A stretch of 64,000 nt of DNA from Candidatus Caccoplasma sp. (lineage in GTDB: Bacteria > Bacteroidota > Bacteroidia > Bacteroidales > G3-4614), in assembly GCA_045587545.1 (NCBI GenBank), contig JAZNCN010000026.1, forward strand, positions 6,295 to 70,294. Direction: 5' to 3'. The translations under genes and the position numbers were made by a program. The notes under the pieces were generated by a model, which was given only the letters and a program-made list of their open reading frames with translations, made no database searches and was not told the DNA's origin. Positions 1-9,561 of this stretch are shown here, in pieces (position 1 is the first letter of the stretch; every line of letters starts with the position of its first letter).

Positions 1-771
1 ACATACCTTTATGACAAGGTTGGATTATATGACACCTTGAAAGACATTGTAATGAGAGGGCGCCATACCGGCGTAATTACAAAGTGGTGGCAGTCAATAG
101 GAGAGGTCAAAGAGAATATGTTACACTTTACCGAAAATCACGATGAGCAACGTTCTGCATCTCACTTTTTTGCAGGAGATCCTCACAGAGCATTTCCATT
201 ATTTGCCCTCTCAGCATTAATTGACAACAATCCAATAATGCTATATTTTGGACAAGAGTTAGGCGAAGCTGCTACAGATGCAGAAGGTTTTTCCGGAGCA
301 GATGGAAGAACTACAATTTTTGACTATTGGAGCGTTCCAACCGTAAGACAATGGATAACAAAAGGCTTAAGAGGATTAACTAAAGAACAAAAAGAAATAA
401 GAAACAAATATAAAAAACTACTTAACGTTGCAGTTAAAGAGAAAGGCATAAGCAATGGATTGTTTTTTGATTTAATGTATGTAAATGGCAATAACGATGC
501 CATATCTACAGGAAGAGTTTATCTGTTTGCCCGCTATTTTAAGAAAGATTTATATATCATAGCTGTAAATTTTCGTTCACAAAACGCTGACCTCGATATA
601 AATATTCCATATCATCTGTTTGAATATTTCGAAATTAAGGAGGGAGAGTTTAATTGTAAAGAGCTATTATCAGGAAATAAAGACGAGAGAGAAATATCTC
701 AAAACAAACCCTTTAAAACATTATTATCAGCCTACGAAACAGCTATATGGAAGTGTTCAAAGAAGAGATAA
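1..771 (+). CDS. GH13 alpha-amylase-family glycoside hydrolase, C-terminal part (5' end outside window)
   Basis: Frame 1 is open from nt 1; the track ORF at 37 starts on an internal TTG. It contains FTENHDEQR, the GH13 conserved region IV (NHD) motif, followed by a C-terminal tail of family-typical length. Confidence 0.75.
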   Translation, partial: TYLYDKVGLYDTLKDIVMRGRHTGVITKWWQSIGEVKENMLHFTENHDEQRSASHFFAGDPHRAFPLFALSALIDNNPIMLYFGQELGEAATDAEGFSGADGRTTIFDYWSVPTVRQWITKGLRGLTKEQKEIRNKYKKLLNVAVKEKGISNGLFFDLMYVNGNNDAISTGRVYLFARYFKKDLYIIAVNFRSQNADLDINIPYHLFEYFEIKEGEFNCKELLSGNKDEREISQNKPFKTLLSAYETAIWKCSKKR

Positions 772-832
772 AACAACATATTTAACACTATTTGATAAGA
801 GAGAAAAATTTTTTTATAAAATTCAAACATTT

Positions 833-848
833 AAAAACAAATTCTTAA
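833..848 (+). repeat. Direct repeat copy 1, AAAAACAAATTCTTAA
   Basis: Perfect 16-nt match to 883-898, read directly from the sequence. Confidence 0.9.
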
Positions 849-859
849 GAATAAATTAC

Positions 860-867
860 TACTTTTG
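860..867 (+). promoter_or_regulatory. Bacteroidetes -7-type promoter box TACTTTTG upstream of prs
   Basis: Matches TAnnTTTG and lies 48 nt before the prs ATG in an intergenic spacer. The motif is low-information in AT-rich DNA; only its position supports the call. Confidence 0.45.
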
Positions 868-882
868 CAAATCAAAGTAAAA

Positions 883-898
883 AAAAACAAATTCTTAA
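883..898 (+). repeat. Direct repeat copy 2, AAAAACAAATTCTTAA
   Basis: Perfect 16-nt match to 833-848, ending 17 nt before the prs start codon. Confidence 0.9.
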
Positions 899-914
899 AT
901 AAAACTTACAAGCA

Positions 915-1853
915 ATGAGCAACGAAAGACCGGTAAAGGTATTTGCAGGAACAAACACACGCTATTTGGCAGAAAAAATTTGTGAGAATTTAGGTTGTCC
1001 CCTCGGAAACATGATTATTCAACATTTTGCAGATGGAGAATTTGCAGTATCATTTGAAGAATCAATTCGTGGTTGTGAAGTATATTTAGTACAATCAACA
1101 TTCCCAAGTTCAGATAACTTAATGGAACTATTGTTAATGATTGATGCAGCTAAACGTGCATCGGCAGCATCTGTTATAGCTGTCGTTCCCTATTTTGGTT
1201 GGGCTCGTCAAGACCGCAAAGACCGTCCTCGTGTTTCTATAGCATCAAAATTAATAGCAGATTTGCTAAGCGTTGCAGGTATTGACCGTTTAATAACTAT
1301 GGACTTACACGCCGACCAAATACAAGGGTTCTTTAATGTCCCCGTTGATCACCTATATGCTTCATCGGTATTTGTTGATTACATTGCATCATTGAAACTT
1401 GAAGATATGGTAATCGCCTCACCTGATGTAGGTGGTTCAAAACGCGCCAGCACATATGCAAAATATTTTGGTGTGCCTTTGGTTCTTTGTCACAAACAGA
1501 GAGCAAAAGCAAATGTTGTGGAGAGCATGATGGTTATTGGAGATGTTGAAGGAAAGAATGTAATACTTGTTGACGATATGGTTGATACAGCCGGAACAAT
1601 TACAAAAGCTGCCGACCTTATGATGGAACAAGGGGCAAAATCGGTTCGTGCAATTGCGAGCCACGCTGTAATGTCAGATCCGGCAAGTGAACGAGTAATG
1701 AAATCTAAAATGACAGAGATGATATTCTCTGACAGTATTCCGTTCACAAAAGAGTGTCCTAAAGCTCACATAATAAGTATCGCGGAAATGTTTGCCGAGA
1801 CAATACGCAGAGCTCACAATAACGAATCAATAAGTTCGCAATATATAATGTAA
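915..1853 (+). CDS. prs: Ribose-phosphate pyrophosphokinase (PRPP synthetase)
   Basis: 312 aa. Full-length family pattern: FADGE, VVPYFGWARQDRK, DLHADQIQGFF, and the PRPP-binding loop VILVDDMVDTAGT. Confidence 0.97.
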   Translation: MSNERPVKVFAGTNTRYLAEKICENLGCPLGNMIIQHFADGEFAVSFEESIRGCEVYLVQSTFPSSDNLMELLLMIDAAKRASAASVIAVVPYFGWARQDRKDRPRVSIASKLIADLLSVAGIDRLITMDLHADQIQGFFNVPVDHLYASSVFVDYIASLKLEDMVIASPDVGGSKRASTYAKYFGVPLVLCHKQRAKANVVESMMVIGDVEGKNVILVDDMVDTAGTITKAADLMMEQGAKSVRAIASHAVMSDPASERVMKSKMTEMIFSDSIPFTKECPKAHIISIAEMFAETIRRAHNNESISSQYIM

Positions 1854-1877
1854 TACATTAAACAGAGATAAATACCT

Positions 1878-1907
1878 AAAGAGAGTGTAACCGCACTCTC
1901 TTTTTTT
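1878..1907 (+). terminator. Rho-independent terminator after prs
   Basis: The 10-bp stem AAAGAGAGTG / CACTCTCTTT (1878-1887 / 1894-1903) has a 6-nt loop and runs into a T7 tract. Confidence 0.8.
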
Positions 1908-2019
1908 ATTCTATGCTAATAAAGAGTAATTGATATATTAAAATATTAATTATCTATATAATAGTTCAAAACATACTCTATTTTAAGAAATAATAGTATG
2001 CTGTTTCGGTAAAATTTAT

Positions 2020-2027
2020 TATCTTTG
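2020..2027 (+). promoter_or_regulatory. -7-type promoter box TATCTTTG
   Basis: Matches TAnnTTTG, 77 nt upstream of the 2104 ATG, in a 250-nt spacer downstream of the prs terminator. Confidence 0.45.
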
Positions 2028-2103
2028 CAGGCTGAAATAGAGAGATTTTAATCATAACCAAAAACAACACAAATTACAAAGCTCTCAATTAAATTAAAGA
2101 GAT

Positions 2104-3324
2104 ATGAAGAGAACAATTTTACGAATAACTTTATTACTTGCTTTACCCCTAATGGTACTAAGCAGTTGTATAAAAGATGAACTACCAAACGTTGATGCAG
2201 ATATTTTGGATATAGAGTTGGACAAAGATGTAATTATCAGTAAAAAGATAGAGAATGACCGTATAACAGTATTTATAACTCCTAATTCATATGGAGATCG
2301 CACAAATATAAAACCTACATATATATTATCAAAAGGGTCAAGAATCATAAGAGGAGATGATAACTACGATTACTCTTCGGCTCATGAAATAGAGGTTATC
2401 TCGGAAGACGGCAATTGGAGAAAAGTTCACGAAGTAAGAATTATGGATATGGCTTTCCCCACAGAATACTATTTTGAAAACTGGGTAGAAAACAGGAACA
2501 CAAGTGGTGTTTATGAGGACTGTTACGAAAGATTAATGGGCGAAAACGGGAATACATCAGATTTATATATTTGGGCATCAGGGAATTTAGGATATCGTAT
2601 TACAGGGAAAGGACCTAATCCTTCAGACTATCCTACATATAAGACTTTATCGCAAGGCGATGCACACAATGGCTCATATGCAGCAGTATTAGAGACTCGT
2701 TATGTTGGAGCTATAGGTCAAGGTTCACCTTTGGCTGCAGGAAACTTATTTATCGGAGAATTTTCCGGGAAAGGAATCAATATAATGAAGCAGCAAATGA
2801 AGGCAACTCGTTTTGGTATGCCATTCAATAAAAAGCCTAAATCATTAAAAGTATGGTTTAAATATAAGAGTGGAGGGGTTATTAGTATCTACAACGAAAA
2901 CGGGGATATTATAGGCACCAGAACAACAGACAATGACAATAGTGATAACAAGCAAAATACAGGAAGCAAAGATTATGCTGCCATATATGCTGTTATGTTT
3001 GATAATGTAAAAGCAAAAGAGTTATATAATGGCAAAAATTATTTAGATGGCTCTACAATATTATCAAGCCCTGCAGAAGTTGGAAGGGCAATCCTTACTG
3101 ATGATGATAAGTACGGCACACCGACAAACGAAGAAGGCTATCCTAATGAATATGTATATAAAGAACTTCCATTTACATACCCGTCTTCTATTGATGAAAG
3201 CAGATTGAAAAATTATGAATACAGCATTGCTATTGTATTCTCATCAAGTTACTATGGTGCTGAATTCCAAGGAGCCGTAGGAAGTAAACTTTGGATTGAT
3301 GATGTAATATTGGAATGTGAATAA
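2104..3324 (+). CDS. Lipoprotein, probably a PCMD (putative carbohydrate metabolism domain) family protein
   Basis: 406 aa with a lipoprotein signal (LMVLSSC). The central and C-terminal region (YFENW, AAGNLFIGEF, ATRFGMPF, KSLKVWFKY, KLWIDDV) resembles Bacteroides PCMD-domain lipoproteins. This is recalled from memory, not searched. Confidence 0.55.
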   Translation: MKRTILRITLLLALPLMVLSSCIKDELPNVDADILDIELDKDVIISKKIENDRITVFITPNSYGDRTNIKPTYILSKGSRIIRGDDNYDYSSAHEIEVISEDGNWRKVHEVRIMDMAFPTEYYFENWVENRNTSGVYEDCYERLMGENGNTSDLYIWASGNLGYRITGKGPNPSDYPTYKTLSQGDAHNGSYAAVLETRYVGAIGQGSPLAAGNLFIGEFSGKGINIMKQQMKATRFGMPFNKKPKSLKVWFKYKSGGVISIYNENGDIIGTRTTDNDNSDNKQNTGSKDYAAIYAVMFDNVKAKELYNGKNYLDGSTILSSPAEVGRAILTDDDKYGTPTNEEGYPNEYVYKELPFTYPSSIDESRLKNYEYSIAIVFSSSYYGAEFQGAVGSKLWIDDVILECE

Positions 3325-3348
3325 TTGCTATAAATAAGATAAAGAAAT

Positions 3349-4122
3349 ATGAAAAAGATATATATAATATTTGCAATAATAGTATCAAGTTTAGCAATAC
3401 AAGATAGTTTTGCTGCAAAAGTAAGAGTCAGAGAAGGTCTAAGAGAAAATAAGACTGAAGATAGATTTGTATTTGCCGCAAAAGCAGGATTTAATCTTGG
3501 AGGAACAGCACCGATGGGTTTGCCGGCAGAGATTAGAGCTATAAATTCATTTAAACCAACATTCTCTTTTTCTATTGCAGGAACTGCACAATATAACATA
3601 ACTAAAAAATGGGGGTTGCAATCCGGTGTAAAGTTTGATATAAAGGGAATGGAAACCGATGCAAATGTAAAAAACTACCAATTGGTTGTAAGCATGGACG
3701 GTTCTACAATAAAAGGAGTATTTACAGGCGATGTAACTACAAAAGTTCATAACAGCTACATAACAATCCCTGTTTTAGCAGTATATGATATATCTCCTCG
3801 CTGGGACTTAAAATTTGGAGGATATGTCTCATTTATGGTTGATGGAGAGTTTTCAGGTACTGCAACAAACGGATATATGAGAGATGGCTCTCCAATTGGA
3901 GATCGCGTAGATGGAGTTGATGCCACATACGATTTCACTGATGATATGCGCAAAGTAGATGCCGGTGTTCAAGTAGGTGTGGATTTTATACCATACAAAC
4001 ACCTGTTGATTTCAGGCGACCTAACATGGGGTTGCGTTCCTCTGTTTGGGAAAGACTTTACCGCAATGAGTTTTAATATGTTCAATGTCTATTTCAACAT
4101 AGGCTTTGGATACGTATTTTAA
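3349..4122 (+). CDS. Outer-membrane beta-barrel protein (porin-family / OMP_b-brl-like)
   Basis: 257 aa with a signal peptide ending SFA/AK, an alternating beta-strand pattern, and a C-terminal GFGYVF with terminal aromatic residue. It starts 24 nt after the preceding lipoprotein gene. Confidence 0.6.
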   Translation: MKKIYIIFAIIVSSLAIQDSFAAKVRVREGLRENKTEDRFVFAAKAGFNLGGTAPMGLPAEIRAINSFKPTFSFSIAGTAQYNITKKWGLQSGVKFDIKGMETDANVKNYQLVVSMDGSTIKGVFTGDVTTKVHNSYITIPVLAVYDISPRWDLKFGGYVSFMVDGEFSGTATNGYMRDGSPIGDRVDGVDATYDFTDDMRKVDAGVQVGVDFIPYKHLLISGDLTWGCVPLFGKDFTAMSFNMFNVYFNIGFGYVF

Positions 4123-4150
4123 TTAAAATACAAATAATAGATAGGATATT

Positions 4151-5068
4151 ATGCCCTTAACCATTCCGGCAAACCTCCCGGCTGTTGACCTCTTAAAAAA
4201 AGAGAACATATTTGTTATGGATTCTCAACGTGCGTCATCTCAAGATATACGCCCGCTGAAACTCGTAATCCTTAACTTAATGCCATTAAAAATAACAACA
4301 GAAACGGATCTTATCCGTCTATTGTCAAACTCTCCATTACAGATAGAGATTGACTTTATGAAAATTGCCGGACATATATCAAAAAATACCCCCATAGAAC
4401 ATATGGAGGCATTTTACAAGGATTTCTCATCGATGAAAGAGGATACCTACGATGGAATGATAGTAACAGGAGCTCCTGTTGAACACCTCGATTTTTGTGA
4501 TGTATCATATTGGGACGAATTAACAACAATATTCAAATGGGCAAGAACCCACGTTACATCAACCATGTACATCTGTTGGGCAGCACAAGCAGCACTCAAC
4601 TACTTCTACAACATTCCCAAATACTCTTTACCACAAAAGAGATTTGGAGTATTTCTTCACTCGATATACAATAAACAGAACCCTATTTTTAGAGGGTTTG
4701 ACGATGAATTTTATGCTCCTCATAGTCGCCACTCTGAAATTAGGCGTGAAGATGTAGAGGAAGTTCCTGATATAGAGATATTATCAGAGAGCAAAGAGGC
4801 AGGATTATATATGTTAATGGCTCGTGGAGGACGTGAAATATTTATTACAGGACACTCAGAATATTCTCCCAATACCCTCAAAGATGAATATTTCAGAGAC
4901 AAAAACAAAGGTTTGGAGATACAAATTCCCCTAAACTATTTTCCTAACGACGATACTACAAAAGAGCCTCAAGTAAAATGGCGTGCACATGCAAACTTGC
5001 TCTTCTCTAATTGGTTGAACTATTTTGTATATCAGGAAACTCCATACGATATAAAATCAATAAAATAG
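4151..5068 (+). CDS. metA: Homoserine O-acyltransferase (MetA family)
   Basis: 305 aa. N-terminus MPLTIPANLPAVDLLKKENIFVM, LKLVILNLMP, and ICWAAQAAL with the catalytic Cys context; colinear with the MetA family. Confidence 0.92.
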   Translation: MPLTIPANLPAVDLLKKENIFVMDSQRASSQDIRPLKLVILNLMPLKITTETDLIRLLSNSPLQIEIDFMKIAGHISKNTPIEHMEAFYKDFSSMKEDTYDGMIVTGAPVEHLDFCDVSYWDELTTIFKWARTHVTSTMYICWAAQAALNYFYNIPKYSLPQKRFGVFLHSIYNKQNPIFRGFDDEFYAPHSRHSEIRREDVEEVPDIEILSESKEAGLYMLMARGGREIFITGHSEYSPNTLKDEYFRDKNKGLEIQIPLNYFPNDDTTKEPQVKWRAHANLLFSNWLNYFVYQETPYDIKSIK

Positions 5069-5075
5069 AATTATT

Positions 5076-6887
5076 ATGGCGCGGAGTATTGAGTTATTAT
5101 CACCTGCGCGAGATGTGCCGACAGCACGAGAAGCTATACTTCACGGAGCTGATGCCGTATATATTGGTGCTCCCAAATATAGTGCAAGAGCAGCTGCAGG
5201 CAATAGCATAGAAGATATTGCATCATTAGTGGAATTTGCTCATATATATGGAGTAAAAATATATGTTGCTCTAAATACAATAATATATGAAGAGGAGATT
5301 CCTGAAGTTGAATCATTGATAAAATCGCTATACGATATAGGAGTTGATGCTCTAATTGTTCAGGACATGGGCATTCTTAAAATGAATATACCACCCATTC
5401 AACTTCACGCAAGTACACAATGCCATAATACAACTATTGAACAAGTTAATTTTTTGCAAAAATCAGGTTTTTCACAAGTGGTGCTTGCAAGAGAACTTAA
5501 CATTGACGAGATAAGTGATATATGCAAAAAGACAGATGTTCCGATAGAGGTTTTTGTTCATGGTGCTTTGTGCGTAAGTTATAGTGGTAGGTGCTACCTA
5601 AGTTGCACCCTTAATGGACGCAGTGCAAACAGAGGAGAATGTGCTCAAAGTTGCAGAATGTCATACAATTTAGAAGATGCGAACGGTAATATCTTGGTAA
5701 AAGAGAAACATCTTTTATCTCTAAAAGATATGAACAGGAGCAAAAGCATTGAAGAACTTTTAGATGCAGGAGTAACATCTCTAAAAATAGAAGGCAGACT
5801 CAAAGATATTGAATATGTAAAAAACATAACTGCCTATTACAGAAGAATATTAGATGAAATATTTTCTCAAAGAATTGAATACAAAGCATCATCTTCCGGC
5901 AGAGTAAAACTAAATTTCACTCCAAATCCATATAAAAGTTTCAATAGAGGATTTACACAATATTATACGAATAAAGAGATAAACAATATATCATCAATAG
6001 ATACCCCAAAATCTAAAGGGGAGAAGATTGGAATTGTTAAGAATGTTTGTCAAAATTATATTGAAATTGAATCTTTTTCAGAGTTACATAATGGAGACGG
6101 ATTATGCTTTACATCATCTGACGGGAAATTTGCAGGATTTGGGCTAAACAGAGTAGATGGTTCAAAACTATATCCATCACAAATGCCGGATATAAAAAAA
6201 GGAGATATTATATACCGCAATCACGATATTAAGTTTGAAAAACTATTATCTTCACCAACAGCCGAACGTAAAATACCTGTTCATATAACTCTATCGTACT
6301 GCAAAAATACTTTGACACTACAAATTGTTGACGACAAAGGAAATGTTGTAAAAACAGAGAAGAATAAAATTGCTTTGGAAAAAGCGAAAACCGAACAAGA
6401 TGAAAATCAAAAGAGACAACTCTCTAAATTAGGAAATACTCCATTTGTAACAGAGAGTGTAGATTGTTCAAATATTAAAGAGCTCTTTGTTCCGTCGTCG
6501 CTACTTGCAGATATGAGAAGAAATGCGGTAGAAAAATTGATACAAAAAAGAATCGCTACCTATAAGAGACCTATAAAAGATAACGATACAAAACCTCAAT
6601 ATCATACTAAAGATGTAACTTTTGAGACAAATATATCAAATTCAAAGTCTTTTGAATTTTATAAAGAGCGAGGCGTAGATAAAATAGCTAATGCGTATGA
6701 GATGAAAGAGGTCAAAGACGCAACTCTTATGACAACACTTCATTGCATACGTCGCACTTTTGGCAAATGTCTGAAAACCAAAGAAGGAAATGAATGGAAA
6801 GAGCCTTTATATTTAGTTTCAGGGAAAAACAGATTACAACTAAATTTCAATTGCAAAGAGTGTAAAATGACTATAAAAAAAGCATAA
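5076..6887 (+). CDS. Peptidase U32 family protein (long form with C-terminal extension)
   Basis: 603 aa. N-terminal ELLSPARD...GADAVYIG and the Cys-rich CVSYSGRCYLS...CAQSCR block are typical of the U32 family. It starts 7 nt after metA. Confidence 0.85.
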   Translation: MARSIELLSPARDVPTAREAILHGADAVYIGAPKYSARAAAGNSIEDIASLVEFAHIYGVKIYVALNTIIYEEEIPEVESLIKSLYDIGVDALIVQDMGILKMNIPPIQLHASTQCHNTTIEQVNFLQKSGFSQVVLARELNIDEISDICKKTDVPIEVFVHGALCVSYSGRCYLSCTLNGRSANRGECAQSCRMSYNLEDANGNILVKEKHLLSLKDMNRSKSIEELLDAGVTSLKIEGRLKDIEYVKNITAYYRRILDEIFSQRIEYKASSSGRVKLNFTPNPYKSFNRGFTQYYTNKEINNISSIDTPKSKGEKIGIVKNVCQNYIEIESFSELHNGDGLCFTSSDGKFAGFGLNRVDGSKLYPSQMPDIKKGDIIYRNHDIKFEKLLSSPTAERKIPVHITLSYCKNTLTLQIVDDKGNVVKTEKNKIALEKAKTEQDENQKRQLSKLGNTPFVTESVDCSNIKELFVPSSLLADMRRNAVEKLIQKRIATYKRPIKDNDTKPQYHTKDVTFETNISNSKSFEFYKERGVDKIANAYEMKEVKDATLMTTLHCIRRTFGKCLKTKEGNEWKEPLYLVSGKNRLQLNFNCKECKMTIKKA

Positions 6888-6966
6888 CTTAACGTCCAAA
6901 TAATAATTGAGTTATAATGTTTATAACTTTATTTGAAAATATACAATATAGTAGAGATAAATTTGC

Positions 6967-6974
6967 TAAATTTG
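6967..6974 (+). promoter_or_regulatory. -7-type promoter box TAAATTTG upstream of purH
   Basis: Matches TAnnTTTG, 23 nt before the purH ATG at 6997. Confidence 0.5.
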
Positions 6975-6996
6975 TATTTTGAAATACCATACTATT

Positions 6997-8520
6997 ATGA
7001 CAGAAGCAAAAAAGATAAAAACAGCATTAGTATCCGTATTCTACAAAGACGGATTAGACGAGATTATAAAGAAGTTAGACGCAGAAGGTGTTAAGTTTAT
7101 ATCTACAGGAGGAACTCAAAAATTTATTGAGTCTTTAGGTATTGAATGTACACCGGTTGAGCAATTAACAACATATCCCTCTATCTTTGGAGGAAGAGTG
7201 AAGACTCTTCACCCTGCAATATTCGGAGGTATTTTGTGCCGTCGTTCATTAGAACAAGATATGCAACAAGCACAACAATACGGAATAGAGGAGATAGACC
7301 TTGTTATTGTTGACTTATACCCATTTGAGGAGACTGTTGCTTCAGGTGCAAGCGATGCAGATATTATTGAAAAAATAGATATAGGTGGAATTTCACTTAT
7401 CAGAGGTGCTGCTAAAAACTATAACGATGTTGTTATTGTTGCTTCAAAAGCACAATATGCTCCTTTGATGGATATGCTAAATCGTAATGGAGCTGCTTCT
7501 TCTTTAGAAGAACGTAGATGGTTTGCCAAAGAGGCATTTGCAGTATCTTCTTCATACGATTCAGCAATTTTCAACTACTTTGATGCTGGACAAAATTCAG
7601 CATTCCGCGCAGCAGCCGACAATGCAAAATCGTTGCGTTATGGAGAAAATCCTCACCAAAAAGGTGCGTTCTTCGGTAATTTTGATGAAATGTTTGAACA
7701 ATTGCACGGAAAAGAGATTTCATATAACAATCTATTAGATATAGATGCTGCAGTATCGTTAATATCGGAGTTTGATGAAACTACATTTGCTATCCTTAAA
7801 CACAACAATGCTTGCGGGTTAGCATCACGTTCAACTTTATTAGAGGCATGGAAATGCGCACTTGCCGGCGATCCTGTATCAGCTTTTGGAGGAGTATTAA
7901 TTGCCAATGCCGAAGTTGATGCCGCAACAGCAGAAGAGGTAAATAAACTATTCTTTGAAATAATAATTGCGCCTTCATATACTGCTGAGGCATTGGAGAT
8001 ATTAAAACAAAAGAAAAACCGTATAATACTTATACAAAAGAGAGGTATTGATGCAAAAATACAATACCGTTCATTGTTAAACGGAGTATTGATGCAAGAG
8101 CGTGACCTTAAAATTGAAACACCAGAAGAGTTGAAACAGGTAACCGATAAAGCTGTAACCACTGAAGAGGTTGAAGATTTATTGTTTGCGAACAAGATAG
8201 TAAAACATAGCAAATCAAATGCTATTGTATTAGCAAAAGGCAAACAACTATATGCAAGCGGAGTAGGACAAACATCTCGTGTTGACTCATTACGCCATGC
8301 AATAGAAAAAGCAAAATCATTTGGTTTTGATTTGAATGGTTCGGTTATGGCTTCTGACGCATTCTTCCCATTTGCAGATTGTGTTGAGATAGCTCACGCA
8401 GAGGGGATTGATAGCGTTATTCAACCCGGAGGCTCTGTTCGTGATAACGAAACAATAGAGTACTGCAACAACAATGGAGTAGCAATGGTATTTACAGGTG
8501 TAAGACACTTTAAACACTAA
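6997..8520 (+). CDS. purH: Bifunctional AICAR formyltransferase / IMP cyclohydrolase
   Basis: The track ORF starts at a TTG (6979); the first ATG at 6997 gives MTEAKKIKTALVSV. STGGT, RVKTLHP, KHNNACG and the C-terminal GVRHFKH are PurH hallmarks. Confidence 0.97.
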   Translation: MTEAKKIKTALVSVFYKDGLDEIIKKLDAEGVKFISTGGTQKFIESLGIECTPVEQLTTYPSIFGGRVKTLHPAIFGGILCRRSLEQDMQQAQQYGIEEIDLVIVDLYPFEETVASGASDADIIEKIDIGGISLIRGAAKNYNDVVIVASKAQYAPLMDMLNRNGAASSLEERRWFAKEAFAVSSSYDSAIFNYFDAGQNSAFRAAADNAKSLRYGENPHQKGAFFGNFDEMFEQLHGKEISYNNLLDIDAAVSLISEFDETTFAILKHNNACGLASRSTLLEAWKCALAGDPVSAFGGVLIANAEVDAATAEEVNKLFFEIIIAPSYTAEALEILKQKKNRIILIQKRGIDAKIQYRSLLNGVLMQERDLKIETPEELKQVTDKAVTTEEVEDLLFANKIVKHSKSNAIVLAKGKQLYASGVGQTSRVDSLRHAIEKAKSFGFDLNGSVMASDAFFPFADCVEIAHAEGIDSVIQPGGSVRDNETIEYCNNNGVAMVFTGVRHFKH

Positions 8521-8523
8521 AAA

Positions 8524-9543
8524 ATGGGACTATTTTCTTTTACACAAGAGTTAGCTATTGACTTAGGAACAGCTAATACTATCATAATAAAAAACGGCAA
8601 GGTAATTGTTGACGAACCATCAGTGGTTGCGTTAGACAAACGTACCGATAAACTTATTGCTGTTGGAGAGGTTGCCCGTCAAATGCACGGAAAAACACAC
8701 CCCAACATCACAACAATACGTCCATTACGCGATGGTGTTATCGCTGACTTTTATGCAGCAGAGCAGATGATTCGCGGAATGATTAAAAAAGTTGACTCTC
8801 ACAGACATTGGTTTGCTCCATCACTACGTATGGTGGTATGTATTCCCTCCGGTAGTACCGAGGTTGAAATTCGTGCCGTACGCGACTCTGCCGAGCATGC
8901 TGGTGGACGTGACGTATATATGATATACGAGCCTATGGCTGCTGCAATAGGTATTGGTTTAGATGTTGAAGCTCCACAAGGAAACATGATTGTTGATATA
9001 GGTGGTGGAACAACAGAGATTGCCGTAATATCTTTAGGAGGAATAGTTTCAAACAAATCAATTCGTATAGCCGGCGACGACCTTACTTCTGACATTCAAG
9101 AGTATATGAGTCGTCAACACAATGTGCGAGTTGGAGAGCGAACTGCAGAAGAGATAAAAATAAATGTAGGGTCTGTTTTGACAGAATTAGATAATCCGCC
9201 AGAAGATTATATAGTTCACGGTCCTAACAGAATGACAGCTCTTCCAATGGAAGTACCTGTAAACTATCAGGAAATTGCCCACTGCCTTGAAAAATCAATA
9301 TCTAAAATTGAGGCAGCTGTTTTGAGCGCATTGGAACAAACTCCCCCTGAATTATATGCCGATATAGTTCGTAACGGCGTTTATTTAGCAGGAGGTGGTG
9401 CCTTGCTGAGAGGTTTAGACAAACGATTGACCGATAAAATTGGAATACCTTTCCATATAGCAGAAGATCCTTTACACTCTGTTGCAAAAGGAACAGGTAT
9501 CGCTTTGAAGAATATTGACCGTTTCAACTTCTTAATGCGATAA
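8524..9543 (+). CDS. mreB: Rod shape-determining actin homologue MreB
   Basis: 339 aa with DLGTANT, IRPLRDGVIADF, DIGGGTTE and GGGALLRGLD. It starts 3 nt after the purH stop. Confidence 0.97.
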   Translation: MGLFSFTQELAIDLGTANTIIIKNGKVIVDEPSVVALDKRTDKLIAVGEVARQMHGKTHPNITTIRPLRDGVIADFYAAEQMIRGMIKKVDSHRHWFAPSLRMVVCIPSGSTEVEIRAVRDSAEHAGGRDVYMIYEPMAAAIGIGLDVEAPQGNMIVDIGGGTTEIAVISLGGIVSNKSIRIAGDDLTSDIQEYMSRQHNVRVGERTAEEIKINVGSVLTELDNPPEDYIVHGPNRMTALPMEVPVNYQEIAHCLEKSISKIEAAVLSALEQTPPELYADIVRNGVYLAGGGALLRGLDKRLTDKIGIPFHIAEDPLHSVAKGTGIALKNIDRFNFLMR

Positions 9544-9561
9544 AAACTCTTAATTTGCGAT

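Noticed and set aside
620-880. 86-aa ORF overlapping the end of the GH13 gene
   Set aside because: It is an out-of-frame overlap with a supported CDS and runs through the prs promoter and repeat region. The product is a Lys-rich low-complexity sequence.
6909-6935. AT-only hairpin AGTTATAA-tgt-TTATAACT after the U32 gene as a terminator
   Set aside because: It is 8 bp of A-T pairs only, followed by an interrupted T tract. That is too weak to call, so transcription may or may not stop here before the purH promoter box.
6979-6996. Upstream TTG/GTG starts proposed by the ORF track (purH 6979, PEGA-like 14495, prmC 51758, lipoprotein 56432)
   Set aside because: In each case the first in-frame ATG downstream gives a canonical N-terminus: MTEAKK for PurH, signal peptides for the two secreted proteins, and MKDSIKY for PrmC. 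The TTG extensions also run into the promoter box or the preceding stop codon.
7653-8243. 196-aa ORF antisense to purH
   Set aside because: It lies entirely inside a well-supported purH reading frame. Its composition is low-complexity, Ser/Ala/Ile/Phe-rich and without motifs. Long antisense ORFs arise readily opposite strongly codon-biased genes.
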